Shown here: positions 60,308-64,000 of the stretch, piece after piece
Numbering within the stretch: the stretch's first letter is position 1
Layout of the letters: each line of letters opens with the position of its first letter
Program-made: the position numbers and the translations under genes
The notes under the pieces: generated by a model
The model's input: the letters and a program-made list of their open reading frames with translations, nothing else
Told to the model about the DNA's origin: nothing
The model's database searches: none
From: a phage
Assembly (NCBI GenBank): GCA_026188615.1
Contig: GCA_026188615.1_4525.1
Length of the DNA: 64,000 nucleotides
Reading direction: 5' to 3' (one strand)

Positions 60308-61054
60308 TTAACCTTTAATCAGTTGGAATAATGATGCGCTAAGTGGTAAGCCGCGTTTCAATTTTAATTTACCAATGAAACCAATCTTTTCAAAACGTTG
60401 CAGACCTTGGATAACTTTATCATATGTATCGAAAAGCGATTCAGCGTCAGTTAATTTAGTTTTAGTTTTCCAGTCGGAGCCTTTAAGAAGAACGTTGAGT
60501 TTAGTAAGTTCATGGCCTTCTGCTTGATGTGAGCCATTAATGCGTGCTTTCAAAGCAACAATTCTAAGTTTAGATTCGTTAGATAAAGGTTGATTTTTCA
60601 TCATGTTCGCCATATGCTTAACACGATTTTCACGTTTTGCTCGGATTTTTAAAATAGTATCATAAACCTTTTTAATTTGGGCCCATTTCTTCTCGTCGAG
60701 ATTAAGTTTCTCTACTTTACGGACAGAAGGATTAGCGATACGTCTTGCAATGGCATCACGTTTCTCAATAAGTTCTTCTAATGTTAAATCAGAACGAGCC
60801 GTGTTATATTTTTTCTTAACTGGGATAACATTACCTTTAATGTAGCCTATATCATTATTAAAACGTTCTAAGGATAATTTCTCACCTTCAACAGAGTTAT
60901 TAAAAGATTCACCTGAGTAAGCGCAGACCTTTTGATCAAGAATGTTTTTAAGGTAATTAAAGTCTAAGTTAAAATCCTTAGAGCGTCTCTTCGCAGAAGC
61001 TCTGGTGTGGTCAAGACGACGATTGATTTTGTTAATTTTATTATTTGATAACAT
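60308..61054 (-). CDS. srd: putative Srd (sigma-like decoy protein)
   Basis: 248-aa basic protein at the T4 srd position between modB and dda; synteny and size only. Confidence 0.45.
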   Translation of the reverse strand: MLSNNKINKINRRLDHTRASAKRRSKDFNLDFNYLKNILDQKVCAYSGESFNNSVEGEKLSLERFNNDIGYIKGNVIPVKKKYNTARSDLTLEELIEKRDAIARRIANPSVRKVEKLNLDEKKWAQIKKVYDTILKIRAKRENRVKHMANMMKNQPLSNESKLRIVALKARINGSHQAEGHELTKLNVLLKGSDWKTKTKLTDAESLFDTYDKVIQGLQRFEKIGFIGKLKLKRGLPLSASLFQLIKG

Positions 61055-61206
61055 AATATTTTCCTCTGTCTTACGGACGTTAGGTCATTTAGTTGATAAG
61101 CTTATAATATCATGCCCTCAGGTAGTGTACACTCTTTTTTCGTAAAATGCTTTAATTTTTTATGTGTTATAATGGTTCTGAGTTCCATCCGGTTATTCCA
61201 ATTCAG

Positions 61207-61815
61207 TCAGTAACTGACAATAGACAGATTCCAGATTGTATAACTTCCATCTTGAATAATAGAATCTACACGCAGTGTAGTCCCTATAGGGAGCATAAAT
61301 TCACATTCGTCAGATATAAGTCTAGCATTAGACCGTCTTGTCGCTTCAGGGAAAGCTCCATTGAACTCACAAGATGGCGCAGCCAGAATCATGTTAAGCA
61401 TATGTTCACGGAAGTTGAAAGCAAACGGTGCATCTTTGATGCAGAACATATTAAATGTTCCATAAAAATTATACGAAGCAAAGTTACGTGCTACACTGAA
61501 CACTGGGCTGAAGCTCATTACTCTGTCAAATTTAATAATACTACCAATGCCTTTATCATCGAGTGTGGCCATAGTTTTCTTAGAGATTCCACGATACATT
61601 GTCTCAGGAACAGAAGACGTCCAATTTCTACGAACGATTGAACTTAACTCCTGTTGAATACAGTCTGGCTTGTTTTCCATACATTGCCAAAGGATGCTTT
61701 GTTCATTATCGTTGAATTGACTATCAATTTCGTACTGCAATACATCTTGATATTCGGGGTTTTGAGCACGACGAACCATTTCTTCAATTTCACACTCGTT
61801 ATACGGCATAAACAT
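61207..61815 (-). CDS. modB: ADP-ribosyltransferase ModB
   Basis: 202 aa; paralog of upstream ORF; R (YRG), S-x-S (SFS) and E-x-E (ECEFM) ART motifs. Confidence 0.7.
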   Translation of the reverse strand: MFMPYNECEIEEMVRRAQNPEYQDVLQYEIDSQFNDNEQSILWQCMENKPDCIQQELSSIVRRNWTSSVPETMYRGISKKTMATLDDKGIGSIIKFDRVMSFSPVFSVARNFASYNFYGTFNMFCIKDAPFAFNFREHMLNMILAAPSCEFNGAFPEATRRSNARLISDECEFMLPIGTTLRVDSIIQDGSYTIWNLSIVSY

Positions 61816-61872
61816 TTAGGTTTCTCCTGTGGTTGATAAAAGTATAGTATCATCGTCTGTAGAGTTTGTACA

Positions 61873-62454
61873 CTAAAAATTCAACATTTTCAAATGAATG
61901 ATTTTGTATAATCGAGATAAAGGGTCATATTCTAAGTCTTCAATTTCCACAATCTCAAATCTAGAGATACCTGAGACCATGTACTCTTGTTCAGATTCAA
62001 TCATATCTAGGACGTCAACACGCTTTTCTTCCATAACATGCTTAGGGTTCTTTCCGGCGAGTACAATGTTAACCATGTTTTGGTAGTAATCAAAAATGAA
62101 TGGAGCATTCCTGAGACTAAGAATAGTATACGTCTGATATTCCCAACTCCCAGAGAATTGACGAGCTGTACTGAAATCAGTTGTGAACGATGTTACTCGT
62201 CCAGGAGACCAATGGCATCCAACAGAAAGAAGTGAAAGACGTTCTACTTCTTCTGGAGTTACACCACGGTAGAGTTCTACTGGTACTGTAGAAGTCATAT
62301 GCTTACGAACAAGATGGTCTAATTCATAGTGGAAATCCGGGTCTTCCTTAGAATCGGTGCAAGCCCAGAGAATGTTTTGTTCTTGGCGGGTGAATTTGCT
62401 ATCAATCAGATTTGTTAGGTATTCACGTTCTTGAAGTTCAGATTGACATGTCAT
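61873..62454 (-). CDS. modA: ADP-ribosyltransferase ModA
   Basis: 193 aa; ART motifs YRG, TTDFSTA, EQEYMVS; first of tandem pair. Confidence 0.7.
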   Translation of the reverse strand: MTCQSELQEREYLTNLIDSKFTRQEQNILWACTDSKEDPDFHYELDHLVRKHMTSTVPVELYRGVTPEEVERLSLLSVGCHWSPGRVTSFTTDFSTARQFSGSWEYQTYTILSLRNAPFIFDYYQNMVNIVLAGKNPKHVMEEKRVDVLDMIESEQEYMVSGISRFEIVEIEDLEYDPLSRLYKIIHLKMLNF

Positions 62455-62479
62455 GATAGACCTCCATTTAAAGATAAGC

Positions 62480-62511
62480 CTATCATAACACGAGAGGAGG
62501 GAATGTAAACT
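62480..62511 (-). promoter_or_regulatory. T4 early-type promoter upstream of modA (-35 TTTACA, -10 TATGAT)
   Basis: Minus strand TTTACA 62504..62509, TATGAT 62482..62487. Confidence 0.45.
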
Positions 62512-62670
62512 ACTTTTTAAGCTTTCCTACTAAAGGTCCATCAGGGCCAGGTTGTTCTAACATGAATAACGATGCTTTAAAAAGCAATGTCAACCCTTTC
62601 ACCATTCGATACCATGTCTCAAAGTCTTTTTCCTTGATTTCTAGTAAGAATTTCTCTTTCAATTTCTCTT

Positions 62671-62859
62671 TCATTTCCAAGGACTCCATGGCGGAGGGTC
62701 GTCATAATAAGAGGCAAGGTCTTTCAGGACATCTAATGGTAAACTAAAGCCGTGTCGTTGTATAATACTATCTAGTTCATCAACAAGTTCACTACGATGC
62801 ACTTTAGGAGCCTCAACTTCAGGCTCGTCAAACATACTCATAAGGTCCATATTATTCAC
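62671..62859 (-). CDS. hypothetical small protein
   Basis: 62-aa ORF. Confidence 0.35.
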   Translation of the reverse strand: MNNMDLMSMFDEPEVEAPKVHRSELVDELDSIIQRHGFSLPLDVLKDLASYYDDPPPWSPWK

Positions 62860-63316
62860 CTAAATAAAAACTAGCAGGTTCAGAGAATGTTTCTAGTGCT
62901 ACACCTTTTGTCTTAAAAAATTTCCAAATAGCACGTTGCAAATGGATTAAATCTGCTAATGATGTAATAAAGTATTTTTTGGCAAAATACGTATGGTCTC
63001 GCTTTTCAAACAGGTCTAAACGCTTTTCAGGATTCACATAAACAGCATTTTCTGTAGATTCATACCCTAAGTCCTTTATGCCTTCTTCAAGACTAAACGG
63101 AGAATTTTTAGAATGAGTAATAGCTCCAACTCGCTCTACACGAATTTTGTAACCTTTAGGAATCTGCAATTTGCAGAATTCTTCTACGATATATTGCGGA
63201 TTATTTAGACTTTTGTTAATGAGAATAGCTATTTCTAGTGGAGTCTTATCTTCTACTGGTATATGTTTAAATGACTTGGCTTCAAGCAAATACATTTTAA
63301 ATAACATAGCATCCAT
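62852..63316 (-). CDS. hypothetical protein, 154 aa
   Basis: ORF in minus-strand early cluster. Confidence 0.45.
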   Translation of the reverse strand: MDAMLFKMYLLEAKSFKHIPVEDKTPLEIAILINKSLNNPQYIVEEFCKLQIPKGYKIRVERVGAITHSKNSPFSLEEGIKDLGYESTENAVYVNPEKRLDLFEKRDHTYFAKKYFITSLADLIHLQRAIWKFFKTKGVALETFSEPASFYLGE

Positions 63317-63522
63317 TATAATTTCCTCGATGGTTCACCCATATAAAGTTTTACAATACGTTCGCCTTCATCTTCGACGAGTTTTTCTTCATGTTTCTGG
63401 AATTCTTTAGCCATATTCTCTTCAAGAACATCTAACCAATCTTCTGGACCGACACCATCGTCCCAGCTTTTAAACCATTTAACTATCTTGTTCATTCGCA
63501 GCTCCCTGAGCTTGAACCACAA
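63316..63522 (-). CDS. hypothetical small protein
   Basis: 68-aa ORF, start overlaps downstream gene. Confidence 0.4.
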   Translation of the reverse strand: MWFKLRELRMNKIVKWFKSWDDGVGPEDWLDVLEENMAKEFQKHEEKLVEDEGERIVKLYMGEPSRKL

Positions 63523-63815
63523 TCAGAATAACTTGACCCAGAATCACCAGGCCAAGACGATACGTATGAATGATTATAACTTGAAGAGCTTGAAGCATTA
63601 ACCTGTTTTGTTTTTGGACGAACAACTTCTTCCATCATTCCGTCACCGATATATTCCCAACTTTTTTTGTGTGTATCAGGAATAGGCATCATACCTTCGC
63701 CTGGTTTAACAGCAAACAACTTCTTCAGTATCGTAAGCATTAATTGTTCCTCGAACAAAACGAACACCACCTTCATCCCAGCGGATTTCGGCATTAAATT
63801 TGACGTCTTCACCAT
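63492..63815 (-). CDS. hypothetical protein with Ser-rich C-terminus
   Basis: 107-aa ORF. Confidence 0.35.
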   Translation of the reverse strand: MVKTSNLMPKSAGMKVVFVLFEEQLMLTILKKLFAVKPGEGMMPIPDTHKKSWEYIGDGMMEEVVRPKTKQVNASSSSSYNHSYVSSWPGDSGSSYSDCGSSSGSCE

Positions 63816-63933
63816 CCATCATGAATGAGTGTACGACTACATCATCGTAATATCCAAGACCGTATTTCAACGAAACTTCTTGAGCAATCAAAGCACCTAA
63901 TGTGTTATTAGGTTTAATCCAACGATTTAACAT
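63706..63933 (-). CDS. hypothetical small protein
   Basis: 75-aa ORF with promoter-like element 63940..64000 upstream; overlaps previous ORF so one of the two may be spurious. Confidence 0.35.
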   Translation of the reverse strand: MLNRWIKPNNTLGALIAQEVSLKYGLGYYDDVVVHSFMMDGEDVKFNAEIRWDEGGVRFVRGTINAYDTEEVVCC

Positions 63934-64000
63934 ATTGTTCTCCTCTTGAGTAAGTAAGAATATCTTAACACAGTTTTTAGTGGTTGTAAACTGTAGAAAC

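Noticed and set aside
63706-63933. 75-aa ORF as Soc (small outer capsid protein)
   Set aside because: Sequence does not resemble recalled T4 Soc; left as hypothetical.

Overview
This window reads as a contiguous ~64 kb segment of a T4-like (T-even, Tequatrovirus-type) myovirus genome, running from baseplate genes 48/54 through the alt-30-31-cd-pseT-rnlA-denA-nrdB-nrdA-td-frd-32-59-33-rnh early/middle block (minus strand), the long tail fibre locus 34-35-36-37-38 and holin t (plus strand), then asiA-motA-52-ndd-rIIB-rIIA-39-dexA-dda-srd-modB-modA (minus strand). Gene calls rest on protein-level recognition from the supplied ORF translations (recalled T4 sequences, catalytic motifs, lengths) plus T4 synteny; no database search was run. 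Minus-strand genes are punctuated by sigma70-type T4 early promoters (GTTTAC -35, TATAAT-like -10), T4 late promoters (TATAAATA) and GC hairpins with UUCG tetraloops. Departures from the T4 reference, as I recall it, are the interesting part: (1) an intact class I DAHP synthase (AroG-like, metal ligands conserved) inserted next to cd; (2) a GT-B-like glycosyltransferase plus an intact HNH endonuclease where T4 has gene 60/mobA, with gene 39 unsplit; (3) an nrdB group I intron carrying a full-length I-TevIII-like HNH ORF while td is intronless; (4) a T2-type receptor module (gp37 with C-terminal S74-like intramolecular chaperone domain, gp38 adhesin with poly-Gly motifs); (5) a NADAR/YbiA-like protein and a HAD-like hydrolase in the 30.x cluster; (6) a tandem triplet of paralogous small early genes next to dexA. 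I found no single clearly novel multi-gene system; the candidates above are individual accessory genes. No tRNA, rRNA or CRISPR array was seen. Coordinates of promoters, terminators and intron boundaries are approximate (read by eye).
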